Part shown: positions 50,801 to 62,679 of the stretch, in pieces
How positions within the stretch are numbered: position 1 is the first letter of the stretch
How the letters are laid out: each line of letters opens with the position of its first letter
Origin: Setoptus koraiensis
Taxonomy: Eukaryota; Animalia; Arthropoda
Length of the DNA stretch: 64,000 nucleotides
Reading direction: 5' to 3'
Assembly: GCA_048013815.1 (NCBI GenBank)
Contig: CM106586.1
Span: 17,670,001 to 17,734,000, forward strand
Notes under the pieces: generated by a model
Told to the model about the DNA's origin: nothing
What the model saw: only the letters and a program-made list of their open reading frames with translations
Databases searched by the model: none
Position numbers and translations under genes: made by a program

Positions 50801-52575
50801 GTCCCAGAAAAAAGAGGGCCGCCACATTGGCCCTGTTGTCAAATAACAGTCTGATTTGTTCCAGTAACCATCATGACAATCAAATCTTCAACTCGCCTCA
50901 ATCGAATCCAGCAAGTCAGAATAGAGCTCTAAGTTTGGCTTTGGATTTTAGCGATATCAATCGGAGTCGATCGGCAAGATCCGATACGGGACGAAGAAGG
51001 TCTCTAGAGCGTACATCCTGTATTGATTTCGATTCACCAGTGCCAACATTTAACTTAGCCTTCACATCTAGTGGTGGTAAAGTCACAACACCAAGGCATC
51101 ACCAGGGTGATATATTATTGGACGCTCCGTCGTCGTTACCGGCCTATAAAAAGCACTACCGTGAAGATTTATCGGCCACTATTGAAGATCGAAACGACTC
51201 CTTTAGAAAAGGCAGTTACAAGGACGATATTAATAATGAGGTCATCGATAATACGTTCCATGACTATGAAGATCGAATCAGGTGGGCGATAGAAAACAAT
51301 TTTATAGATGCGGATCAACGTCATAAAACGACAAGTTTACGCAAAGTAGTTCATTCTGCTGGAGAATATAATGGTGGAGGCTCAAAATCGTTTCACTCAT
51401 GCCCGAATAGTCTGCGAAAGAAGAAACAAACAATCGATTATTCTTACAATCAACGAGATCGCTCTAATTACTTATCTGAGATAGAGTTGAATCGTTTGTC
51501 ATCGAGGAAACGAAATGACGATATATATGATTACTACAACCAACATGACGATTCTAACGACGGAAATTATAGAGATCTTATATGTAATTCCAAGGCTTAC
51601 TATGATGAAGAGTATGATGAAGCGCTTGGCATAGGCATACTGAATACCTCGTCTTTTGATCTATATGGCAACGGTAGCATATTTGCGACCAATCAACATG
51701 GGCAACATCAAATGAATGACGACAGCGGGGAAGAGGACGACCAACACCAGCAGCTAATGTTTACTCGGGCGTCGTCTCGTCGGTCCAGCACTAATTGTAA
51801 ATATGGGTTATACGATAGCGATGACGAAGAATTAAATGGAGACGACGATATTGATGATGCTAATGATCACGGTGAAGATGATGATAATGACAATATCGCA
51901 GCGTTCGATTTAATTAAGCTCAATCAACACAGTAGAGTAGATCCGAGTCTTCCCTCTGGCCGAGAACTGAGAACTAGACAACCAACAGAGAAAGTGATCG
52001 AGCGCGAAAGAAAGAGAGCGCGTGCGGTAGATGCCTATGATCAAACAATGTTGCGATATTGTAATAGGATATCAGGCGATAATGCACGAGAGAGGAGAGC
52101 GAGAAGTGAGCCGTCTCCTATTGAGATATTGCTCTCGCGATCCATGGACAATGTGCAGAAAAAGATGCAAGAGGTCCAAGCTGAACTGGATGTAATTAAA
52201 CGAGGTGAAGATTATAACCGTCTCAAGGAACGTACACAATCGTTTTTGCAGTCGTGTCTTAAAAAATCAGACAATAAGGAGCATCAAGTTGTCAAATCAA
52301 CGAAAGATGCCAATTTAGATGGATCACGTTTACAGGTACGATTGAATTACAGCGACTCAGAGACGAATGCTGGCAAAAATAACAAGATTAGGCATACAAG
52401 TACACTTGGCGACGGTGGTGATAAGGCTGAAGATGACGAATTCTTTCAACATAAAACTATTTTTCGCAAAATAAAGCAGCCTCTAAGTTCTAGCGACAAC
52501 GAAGTCGAGAAAAATATGAGACCCGTTTGTCAAGCTCAAATGGAAACTAAAGGAGCCGCTGGGAAACATTCGAAG
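47857..52575 (+). CDS. sif: still life (Tiam-family RacGEF) type-1 isoform, giant 5' exon with WH1/EVH1 domain; PH/RBD/PDZ/DH exons expected beyond the window
   Basis: LLAEVFHVSSRAGQVKWQQVS and LLDVKMVQPGTRLGQASEYFIYWKD...TWGLNF match the Sif type-1 N-terminal WH1 domain as recalled; phase-0 AAG|GTAAG donor at 52576; exact start codon uncertain. Confidence 0.8.
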
Positions 52576-53294
52576 GTAAGTAATAAATATATGTGGAACC
52601 TTCAGAGAACCAGATAAATAGATTCCCTACTTCGTGACATGCACAATATGTTTAGCTATCACCATTTGTATGAATTTGCAACAACAGTTCCGCACTCCAG
52701 AGGCCCCTCATTTTTAGAAGCCTCTTTGACAATTGTTTTTGCACCTGATCATCCATCTTTTTCATGTGAATCTTTAAGATAGATTGGTATTGATTAAGAT
52801 TGATCGATTAGTGGAACTATTGGTGCCTGAGAACGATGACAGAAAACATTTTCATCATGCATGCATTGGTTGTGTCAGTCAAGTTAGTATGGTTAGTTAC
52901 ACAATAGCATCGGTTTATCGCTCGCTCGCTCTCTCTCTCTCCCTCTCTCGCTCTTTTCCTCCTGATCATCTATGTCAACATGTCGATAAGTTCTGTCGGT
53001 GTCTGTCTCAAGCTCAAGATTTAATGTCTTTACTATTCTTTATTGGTTATACTTACCAACTTAAGTCAAGTCGCCGAAGCTTAGAGCGCCACGACGAGAG
53101 AAGCTGGATCTTGTTCAGGTCCCGAATCACGTACTGCTGATATAACGATCATCACTATCAACTGAATCGATGCACACCATACAGAGATGAGTTAGCTTCA
53201 TGAAATCATCATATTCATTGGGTTGGACGTCATTGAAATTCCGTCTCTTGAAACGGCCAAGTGTTCCCCCACCCTCTCTCTCTCTCTCTGCGTA

Positions 53295-53299
<5 letters not shown>

Positions 53300-53383
<84 letters not shown>

Positions 53384-53392
53384 GCGTGTGCG
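53300..53392 (+). repeat. (GT)n microsatellite
   Basis: Direct reading, preceded by (CT)n. Confidence 0.97.
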
Positions 53393-54974
53393 CATTTTAT
53401 CCCAAATCTACGAAGACGCCACCAAATCCCAAGTACCCTGGAGCGTAAGTCTAGAAGCAGCTCATCAATCATCTGCTAGACCAGCATAGTCCTTGAGCCC
53501 TATATGTTTACACCCTCGAGTGGAAAACCCTCGCACAACGTCTTTGTTGAGACTACTGAAAATACGCTCAATAATGATATATATATAAATAGCCAAGTTA
53601 TATACGTGGTCTAGCGGCGTCAACAGATGATGTGTGGAGCCAGCACTCACCTGGCGTTTTTAAACGTATCCATGTTCCCACACACAGGCTCTATTGAAAT
53701 CTCTAGTGCCCATTCCCTTAAGGGCCTCAATCTATTCAGACTGGACTCTCCCTCGAGTGTTAGTCTCTTTTTATTATTATTTGTCATATGATACTAACAA
53801 ACTTCATCATTACTCTTGCCAGTTCCTTCAAAAGCTGATGATATATATGTGTCCGGTAGGTAGTGGTAGTGAGATGATTCAGTGTGGAACTTGATTAATC
53901 AGAAAAGTGGGCTTCATTTGTCTGCTTTATATCGAGATTTTGTGTTGAGGGTTCTTTCTTAGAGCCCCCAAGTCTAAGGTGATCTCCCCAAGCTTGCTCC
54001 GTCGTCAGAACCTCACACGAGCATTATTAGATTTTTTTTGTTGACCTTGATCCTGCTAGCTCCTGCCTTGCTCTCAAATTGAGTCTCGATTGTCAACCAA
54101 CGACTGTGCTTCAACTGTAGCGAAACTGTGTAAGTGCACAGCTTCGTGACAGATGGTTTGTGTCGTGAGATTGAGTAAGCAACCGATAATATACATATAT
54201 ATGATATATATATATATATAAATTTCTTGAATTGTTGACACACTGCAGATTGCTGCCAAGCCGGAAAGATTATGGTGGATAAAGAAGAAAATGATGATTC
54301 TCAGAGTGGATAGAGGGTTGCTAGAGCCTGACAGCTCATATTTTAGTGCAAGGAATATATCTTGTTTCCACCAAAATTCCTCGTGTGCGAGCTGGGGGGA
54401 TTCGATAAAGCAGCTTGATTGATCGCTATTTTCTCAATCGACCAGACTCGAGCTACTACCGAAATGAGCGAGAGGCCTCTCTCTTTTTACGTCTATATAT
54501 CTTGCTCTTTGCACTAGTTGTATATATTCGTGTATATACATACATAGCGATGATAAAGACAGGAGGATATATCACTTTTTAGTTTCTGAATTTCGAGAGA
54601 TCGTTGCATGAGCCTCTCAATTTTTCATGTCATCAAGTGGCCGTCCAAACGAATTGTTTCTATTACTTATAAATATTTGTGGCGAGAATGGACTGCTCGA
54701 ATCCAAATGTCTGGCCTAGTCAACTTGACGATTTCATCATCTGGATTCTTTCGCTTGCCATTCTTGCCAATGTGTAGACAATCGGCTGATTATCAAGTTT
54801 AGTTTGTATCGTCGGTTGAGAGATAGATCAAAAAGCCCAGGTTGTAGTAGAAGAACTTGCCCGCCTTTACTCGTGATCCTCGTTCTCTTCAAAATATGAC
54901 GGTCTAAAACTAAGAGAGGGCGAATAGCAATCGCCAATTCTAGTCGAGCATGTGGCACCGGAAATTGCAAAAAA

Positions 54975-55130
54975 TCGCCTTAACTTTCAATAAGAGCGGA
55001 GTTTGTTGCTTCTGGCGTGTCCCTATAGCAATTATTTGTGTGAGTCAGAAAGGAGAAAACTAGGGTTTTTGCTATTATTAATCTTAATATAAGGACTCAG
55101 ACGCAATAGAAAAAGACAGCGAGCGACTAG
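54975..55130 (+). mobile_element. 156-bp segment present only in unit A with Helitron-like ends (A|TC...CTAG|T, no TSD)
   Basis: Removing 54975-55130 restores the unit B sequence GCAAAAAA|TCATTG exactly; no convincing subterminal hairpin seen. Confidence 0.4.
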
Positions 55131-55349
55131 TCATTGTTCTCTTTAATGGAAATGGAATCGGACCATCTCGTATGGTAGACACTTTCCGAGCATATACGAT
55201 ATGTATCGTAGTTGAGTGTGTATAAATCTCTACTTATGCTCCTCTCTGGCGTGCTCCGTCGTGTCACTTTGTCTTGCCTAGTCCCAAAAACGACCAAGGC
55301 CTGGCTCGTCACTTGCCACTTCTCTTTTGTCTCCTTTGTTTCAGCCTTT

Positions 55350-55754
55350 TTATGGATAGCTCACAAGCCTGATGGTCAATCCTCTTGGTCCTACGCGATT
55401 CGACTGGTTTGCACAATTAGAGAGATTTGAACAGTTTGTGCAATTTGTGCAATTTGTGCAATCCCTGCAACTCACACAGTTGGTGCATTCTCTGCAATCC
55501 CTAGAACTCACACAGTTGGTGCAGTCCCCGCAATTTGAACATTTGGTGCAATCGCTGCAATCGGAACAGTTCCTGCTCGATGTACAATTCTTACAATCTG
55601 CACAGTTGTTACAGTTCAAACTAGATGTACAATCTCGGCAATCTTTGCAGTTTTTACAGCTTGCACAGTCTGTACAACATTCACAATCTGTGCAATTTAT
55701 GCAGTCTCTGTTCGGATATGGCCTGTGAGGGTTTTGAGCCTCTGGGTTCAACAT
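55350..55754 (-). CDS. (Cxx)n cysteine-repeat protein, copy A (134 aa, 30 Cys)
   Basis: ATG in ACAATG context; strict 3-residue Cys periodicity; paralog in unit B with internal indels in frame; upstream TATA box conserved. Confidence 0.75.
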   Translation of the reverse strand: MLNPEAQNPHRPYPNRDCINCTDCECCTDCASCKNCKDCRDCTSSLNCNNCADCKNCTSSRNCSDCSDCTKCSNCGDCTNCVSSRDCRECTNCVSCRDCTNCTNCTNCSNLSNCANQSNRVGPRGLTIRLVSYP

Positions 55755-56110
55755 TGTCTGTCACGCTACAACGCAAATGTATGACCACCTTTGCGAATCT
55801 ATGTCAAGGAGATGGTTGGCCGCTGCTTAGTTAGCCGCGCTATCGTGTTTGTTGCGAGCGTCGGAACTAATGTCTGATGGTGTGTTGTTCTTAGGGGCCC
55901 AAACTCTTCTTTTCTTTGACTCTTGAGCTTTTAGCGTGACACAAGATGGTTGTTTGCTGTGTGAATTATTGCCGCTGGTTATACTCTGCTTGCTTGTAAA
56001 TTCTAACGTCGTAATTCTATCGTCGAAGCACTACGATGTTGCTGATGGAAAATACATTTGACTTTTTATTTAGCTATTGGGAACAATCAATATTTCAGGA
56101 AGTCGCAACC

Positions 56111-56118
56111 CTTATATA
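56111..56118 (-). promoter_or_regulatory. Candidate TATA box (TATATAAG) of Cys-repeat gene A
   Basis: About 360 nt upstream of the ATG; conserved in both duplicate units. Confidence 0.45.
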
Positions 56119-57167
56119 CTAAACTGCAAATGTGAGTGCACTAGCATAAACACATAGATAAATACAAATTAAGCACGCTTTCAGACTGTTCCTCTAATAC
56201 GCCATACAATCGCTTGCAGAAACACTGATACAGGGGAAAGCACTTTTACCCACGATAGAGGGGCGCTATTTTCGAAACAACTACTTCCAGCGGTCTAAAT
56301 TCAGGCTGATTATCTAGGTGCAAACAGTCTTGCCACAGCGACACATGAACAACAAACAGAGAATCACAACAACATCTGGATTGTTGATGCTCCGAAAGAA
56401 AGAAAAGCGAGTACATGCATGCCACTACAGAGCTGTTCAGTTGGATTTCATGATGAGGGCACTAGCTGATTAAATGGCTAGCTGATAGGCGGGAATTCTG
56501 GTTTGGGACCCGTCCGAGCGATGTGTAAGCGGAATCACACGCAGAGCTCGAGAGTGGTTGCTTATTTTGGCAAAGAACAGCGATTGACAGGCTGCATTTT
56601 GGCGGCATTACATGCTGTCGGTTCACGTCTCAAGTAACGGTTTGCGCAACTGTTGGCAAAGGCCAGAAAGAAGAGGTGAATTTGTTGCCAGTTACAATCA
56701 TTATGGCTGGATTCTTTCGCTTAACATTCTCGCCAATGTGCAGACAATCGGCTGATTATAGAGTTTAGTTTGTATTGTTGTTTGCGAAATAGATCAGAAA
56801 GCTCAGATTGTAGTAGAAAAACTCGCCCGCCTTTGCTCGTGATGCTCGTTCTCTTCAAAATATGGCGGTCTAAAATTAAGAGAGGGCGAATAGCAATCGC
56901 CATTTCTAGTAGAGCATGTGGCACCGGAAATTGCAAAAAATCATTGTTCTCTTTAATGGAAATGGAATCGGATTGTCTCGTATGGTGACGGATACAATAT
57001 GTATCGTAGTTGAGTGTGTATAAATCTCTTTTTATGCTCCTCTCTGGCGTGCTCCGTCGTGTCACCTTGTCTGGCCTGGCCCCAAAAACGACCAAGGCCT
57101 GGCTCGTCACTTGCCACTTCTCTTTTGCCTCCGTTGTTTCTGCCTTTTTCTGGATCGCTCACAATGA

Positions 57168-57539
57168 TCAATCCTCTTGGTCCAATGGTAGACCTACGCG
57201 ATTAGACTCGTTTGCGCAATTTGCGAGATTCGAACAGTTTGTGCAATTTATGCAATCCCTGCAACTCACACAGTTGGTGCAATCTGTGCAATTTTGACAG
57301 CTAGTGCAAGCCTTGCAATTGGAACAGTTTCTGCTCGATGAACAATTCTTACAATTTGTGCAGTTGGCACAGTTTGTGCAAAATGTAGTATCACTACAAT
57401 TCTGGCTAAATGTACAATTTCGGCAATCTTTGCAGTTTGAACAGCTTACACAGTCTGTACAACATTCACAATTTGTGCAATTTATGCAATCTTTGTTTGG
57501 ACATGGCCCGTCCGGGTTTTGAGCCTCTTGGTTCGACAT
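57168..57539 (-). CDS. (Cxx)n cysteine-repeat protein, copy B (123 aa, 29 Cys)
   Basis: ATG in ACAATG context; same N-terminus (EAQNP..P.PN.DCINC) and C-terminus (CSNL.NCAN.SNRVG) as copy A. Confidence 0.78.
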   Translation of the reverse strand: MSNQEAQNPDGPCPNKDCINCTNCECCTDCVSCSNCKDCRNCTFSQNCSDTTFCTNCANCTNCKNCSSSRNCSNCKACTSCQNCTDCTNCVSCRDCINCTNCSNLANCANESNRVGLPLDQED

Positions 57540-57844
57540 TGTCTGTCACGTTACGATACAAATGTATGACCACCTTCGCGAATCTACGTCAGGGAGATTG
57601 TACTAATGCACTAATGTCTGATGGTGTGTTGTTCTTAGGTGCCCAAGCTCTTCTTTTCTTTGACTTTTGAGCTCTCAGGCTGTCTCGAAATGGTTGTTTG
57701 TTGTGTGAATTATTGCCGCTGGTTATACTTGTAAATTCTAACGTCGTAATTTATCGTCGAAACACTACGATGTTGCTGATGGAAAATATATTCGACTTTT
57801 CATCTAGCTACTAGAAACAATCAATATTTCAAGAAGTGGCAACC

Positions 57845-57852
57845 CTTATATA
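57845..57852 (-). promoter_or_regulatory. Candidate TATA box (TATATAAG) of Cys-repeat gene B
   Basis: Homologous position to 56111-56118; about 306 nt upstream of the ATG. Confidence 0.45.
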
Positions 57853-60800
57853 CTGAACTGTAAATGTGAGTGCACTAGCATAAACATATAGCCGAATACC
57901 GATTAAGCACGCTTTTAGGCCGTCCCTCTGATACGCAGCATAGCTGTTCAAGCTGATTATCTAGGTGCAAACAATCTTGCCACAGTGAACAACAAACGAA
58001 TAAACACAACAACAAACAGAGAAACACAACAACATCCGCCCTAGCCTGTCGACGCTGGGACAAAAGGAAAAGTGAGTGCATGCCACCACAGAGTTGTTCG
58101 TGAATCTCATGATGAGGGCACTAGCTGATTAAATGGGTAGCTGGTAGGCCGGCAATTCTGGACGGCGGCCCATCTGAGCGATGTGTAAGCGAAATCACAC
58201 GCAGAGCTCAAAAGTGGTTGTTTGTTTTGGCAAATGACAACCACTGGCCGGCTCCATTTCGGTACACGTTGTCGGTTGACGTCGCAAGTAACCCTCAGTG
58301 CAACTAATCGCAAGCGCCAGAAGGAAGAGGTGAATTTTGCTGCCAGTGACAGTCATTATGGCTGGATAGATAAAAAGATTAGTAGTGCGCACACATACAC
58401 ACAAATGTTCGGTTAGATATTGTTTTGGCTACTGTGGACCGTGTTGATACGTGCTAGAAATGGACCAACACCAGCCGAATCAACTCAAGCGAAAGATTCA
58501 AATCAACATTTATCTGGCTGGCAATCTCAAATCAAGGATGACGTGATAGCGCCAGCGCCAGAGTCTAGATGCTATTATTTGATTGTCCTTTCTGCATCCT
58601 CTCACCCAAGATACCATCTCATATGTATGGGACAGCATCGATGTGAAACCAATGTGTGTAACCATTGGTATCAACCATGGCCACCAATGGCTGGCCAGCG
58701 AAGCCGCCATAGCCGAGCTGACCTTCGATCGATGGTGTTGCCGCGAGAACAGAGTTCGTTATTACCCCCTCGCCACACTACTTGTAGATAATTTCGGCCA
58801 GAACCCCGAGCACCCGCTCAACCGACCGAATGGTTCGAGCGCTACCGGCTAAACACTGCACTCCCACGCTCGCCGGGGTGCCCCTACATGCGAGCCGACG
58901 GGATGCCTGCGAGCGTTTGGCCTTGTCAGCTGGCCCACATTTCACTTGGGGCTCTGACCAGAGGGCCGAGAGAGCCAGCGAGATATAATATAATATATAT
59001 ATATATATTTGTGCCGTGCATGAATCAGTAGTCTGGCTGTGCTCTCTATGGATACTTATTTTGTCGGATAATAGTTTGATTCAAACAGACGACCTTATTG
59101 CTGGCCACTGTGACATCTTGCGGTGCCCACACAAACTGCGACCAGCGACGCAAAAAAAAACGTGAACCGTGTCGACGAAATGCTCGAGGCTCCGCCGGCT
59201 ATGCCTATTTCCATCGTCAATCTTTTTACTCTGGGGCACACACACAATTGAAAAACGATGTGGCTCGCATTATTGGTTCGCTAGGAACGCAAACATGCGA
59301 CCAACGGCGCCCAATAAAACAAGAGAGACGGAGAGTTAATCAATATTTAAGTAATGATAATCACATAATACGATTCATAACTGACCTCTGCAGAGCCAGT
59401 AGCAAAAAATGCGTTGTCACCAGTTAGCAGAGCTGTTATCTGGCCATTGGTTGGACGAGCTGTCGGCCATCCATTGGCCGTGTTTCGCCTTTAGACGATG
59501 GCAATTGCGAACTGGCTCGCAGAGAATTCCGAGCGGTCAATTTATCGGCCTCCCATTGTCTTATCGGTCGTCACTTATCACTATTTGGCTTGAGGCAAGT
59601 GACAAAAGTATGTGGAGGGCGCCAGTACAACTCTATTTTCGTCGATTCCATCCAGTTGGCAGTTTGTCAAAAAGATAACGCATAAATCCATCGTGTGGCG
59701 CTGCCCACCCGTCCATTGTGGACAAACTACTACTGCCACCATCGACAGTGTTTTATTTTTTCCCTTCTGTAATTCTTGCATGCCGAGCCTAGAAATGGGC
59801 ATCCGAGCAGAATTGTCTTACTTGACTGTCAGCGCCTTGCTGGACCTCTGTTCACAATGTCACTTTGTACGATGAACTCTCTAAAGTGAAATTAAAAGGT
59901 CCTCCCCTCTGCGTCAGCCAAGACCAGCTTGAGATCTCGGCAAGCAAGTGGGCTCGTTGTAGGCTCTGAACCTTGTTTTGTTCTGTTCACCATTCGATCA
60001 GCGGGCACCAACTGCCTGTGGTTACATCATATAGTATATTGTCATTTGTGCGCCATCTAGCTGATTAGTGGGGCACCAACAATCGATGGGAGCCCGCTAG
60101 GGATAAAAGAGTGAAGAGTTTATGTCTCACGTTTCTATATAGGTACAGTTGGCTCATTGCAGCAATAGTAGTCCTGATTTGTGTGAGAGGGCGCCTTATA
60201 CTGTGATCTCAACCTAACGAACGAGCCAATAAATCAATTAGCTAAGACTACTTGCACCATATCTAATACAACTAGCTGGCAACCAACTGTTCAGTCTCAA
60301 TGTGGAGCTGTAACAAATTCCCAATATTACAAGAACACACATTTTCGCTGTTTATAGAAACTGTATCTGAGCTGCATTGTTACCCTTTCTTCAAACACAC
60401 AGACACAATCAGAATAAATATCGTCGGCGATCAGGCCGGCGATATCATAACCGTTACATATTAGTTACTAAATCTTTGCTCAATCGTTCCGTGTTTCCCT
60501 AGGCCCCAATAGCCCCGACGCCTCTAAGACACTTCTTGTGGTGTATGTGTGTGTGTGTGTTAATCATCGCGGTTATAGGATCGCTGCTGGCTGGGCTTTA
60601 GGCTGAAAGCTGATAGTGAGCTGATCAGATTTCCCAAATCAAGAGGTTTAACGGATCGGCAAACTGAATTGTTCGATTCAGTTGGCCAAGATCGGGCTAG
60701 AACTAATCAGGGCTAAATAGTCGAGTTAGAGCTTGGAAGCTATTAGTGTGCCGTCAAGTAACAAGGCGGACCTTTGTTCAGTTTCTTGTATATCTAGAGA

Positions 60801-62630
60801 GCCTTCGGCAAATACTGACAGCCAATATAACTTTCTATTTTAGACTCTGTCTTTCTATCGTCCATGTTTCTCTGCACCGTTATCTCTTCCACTCATAACC
60901 TTGAATGAAACAATGATCGGTCACGCATCTTATACAATTTGTTGGAGGTAAAATTGGAATGGATGAAATCAATTGGCATCTCCCAATTAAGATACTCTAT
61001 CGCTTTCGGCTTTATTTCGGCCAGCTTGCATATCGCGTGACCTGATTCATTAGTTTGCGGTTCTTCATTCGAGTCAATTTCGATTATTTGTATGGTGGCG
61101 AGCGTGGTTACTGTTGACCTAGTGCTTTTTGCCCAATGATCCACAATTAAAGACTCTCTTTGACACTCCTGTGGCCGAATCGCATACAAATTGAAGCCCT
61201 CTATGAGATGGATGCATGCTTTCTGCGGCACAGTCTGAGATTGTGATACCCTCAGCTATATTTTCAGCGAAGAACGAATGGATATTCTGATAGCCTTCGA
61301 TATGACGGTTCAAACCATATAGCAGCCCTCATATAATCTTAACTATGGCAATAATAGGCTTGAGTTCAAATTATTCAGCGTATGCCTCCTCGAAATAAGA
61401 AGACGAATTTTCGGGAGTTCGGGCAGCAATAAATGTGCTGTGTTCTCGCTAGAGCACGTCGGACAAAGAAGCTGGGGAGCAATATCTCAAAATTATTCGT
61501 ATTGTCACTCTAAAGTTTAAAATAGACTGGAGAACTCTGCCCATCATCATTGTGTTTGTTGAACAAACTTTAGCCGCCCACATAGATATCGGTTCTGAAT
61601 ACTACTCATGATTTCAGCCGAAAAGCGGTTAGAGCTGATTCGTGCAAATCGCGCGTGCAACCGCCGAAATGCGTTTACTTGAGGGCGCCCTTTCAAAAGC
61701 CCTCGCCATTGAATCCAATCTTCGAACCCGAGCACTCACATAACTATATTGTTGATCGGGATGGAGGTGGAGAGAGCGAGAGGAAGAGAGAGAGAGAGAG
61801 AGAGAGAGAGACGTGCTTGGAGAGATTCTTGGAAAATCTGGAGGGCCTCAATCAATTGTTAGTTGTTGCGACATCGGCAAGCGCAAGCATGGCGCTTGCC
61901 GCGTGATAATTTTGATCCAGATCCAATAGTATGTGCAAGCAATTGATGGGCACATATGTGTGTGTTCGGTTTTAAGTGGTATTGCATTCCGAATGGACGG
62001 GCTCGAAGAAAATTCAAGGCGACAGTCTCTAGGTTTTTGCTCGCAATGCAGTTTCTCGCTGCAAACCAGGCCAGTAATTGTCTTTTGCAGCCTACACTAC
62101 AAGCTTCTGTTGTGGAGTCTTGCTCCTTGATCTGATATTGTGAATTTAAGCGGAGTTCACAAGTGGTCTAGCTAATGGCGAGGCCCTCAAGTGCGGAGCC
62201 CGTGCACTTTCCCAATGTGAGTGGCCGCAAGCGCTCGATTTACCTGATACGGTTGTACAGGGGGATCGCTTGTGTGCGCATTTCGTAAGCCGGATATGAT
62301 TGAACATTTTCAATCGTAGTCCGTTTGCAAAGTGGTTGTGCTCGAGTGCCGTTTAATATATGAAAGCGGGCCACTAATTTAACTCGTTAAATGTCGCCTG
62401 CTTGTGTGTCATGTTGTAATTGTCTATGTGTCTAGTGTGTGTCTGGCGCAATCGATCAGATTCGCTGGGTTGCACAATTTGGAATTTTCTCCGACGCGAT
62501 CTCTCACTCTGAATTCTTTCGCCTGTCACTTGCATGTTGATGTTGATCGACCTCCACTGATGGCAACAACAACAGCCTAGCCTTATGAGCGCCTAATAGC
62601 GCGCCCCATTGTCGTTGTCGTTGTTGTTGT

Positions 62631-62679
<49 letters not shown>

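Larger units (their letters stand above)
54741..58367. repeat. Diverged tandem duplication: unit A 54741-56706, unit B 56707-58361
   Basis: Colinear homology over the whole unit with indels; CTGGAT at all three junctions (54741, 56707, 58362). Confidence 0.93.

Noticed and set aside
58400-61750. Several 60-120 aa ORFs in the sif intron considered as next sif exons or Dscam variable exons
   Set aside because: None shows PH/DH/PDZ or Ig motifs, or consistent splice signals.
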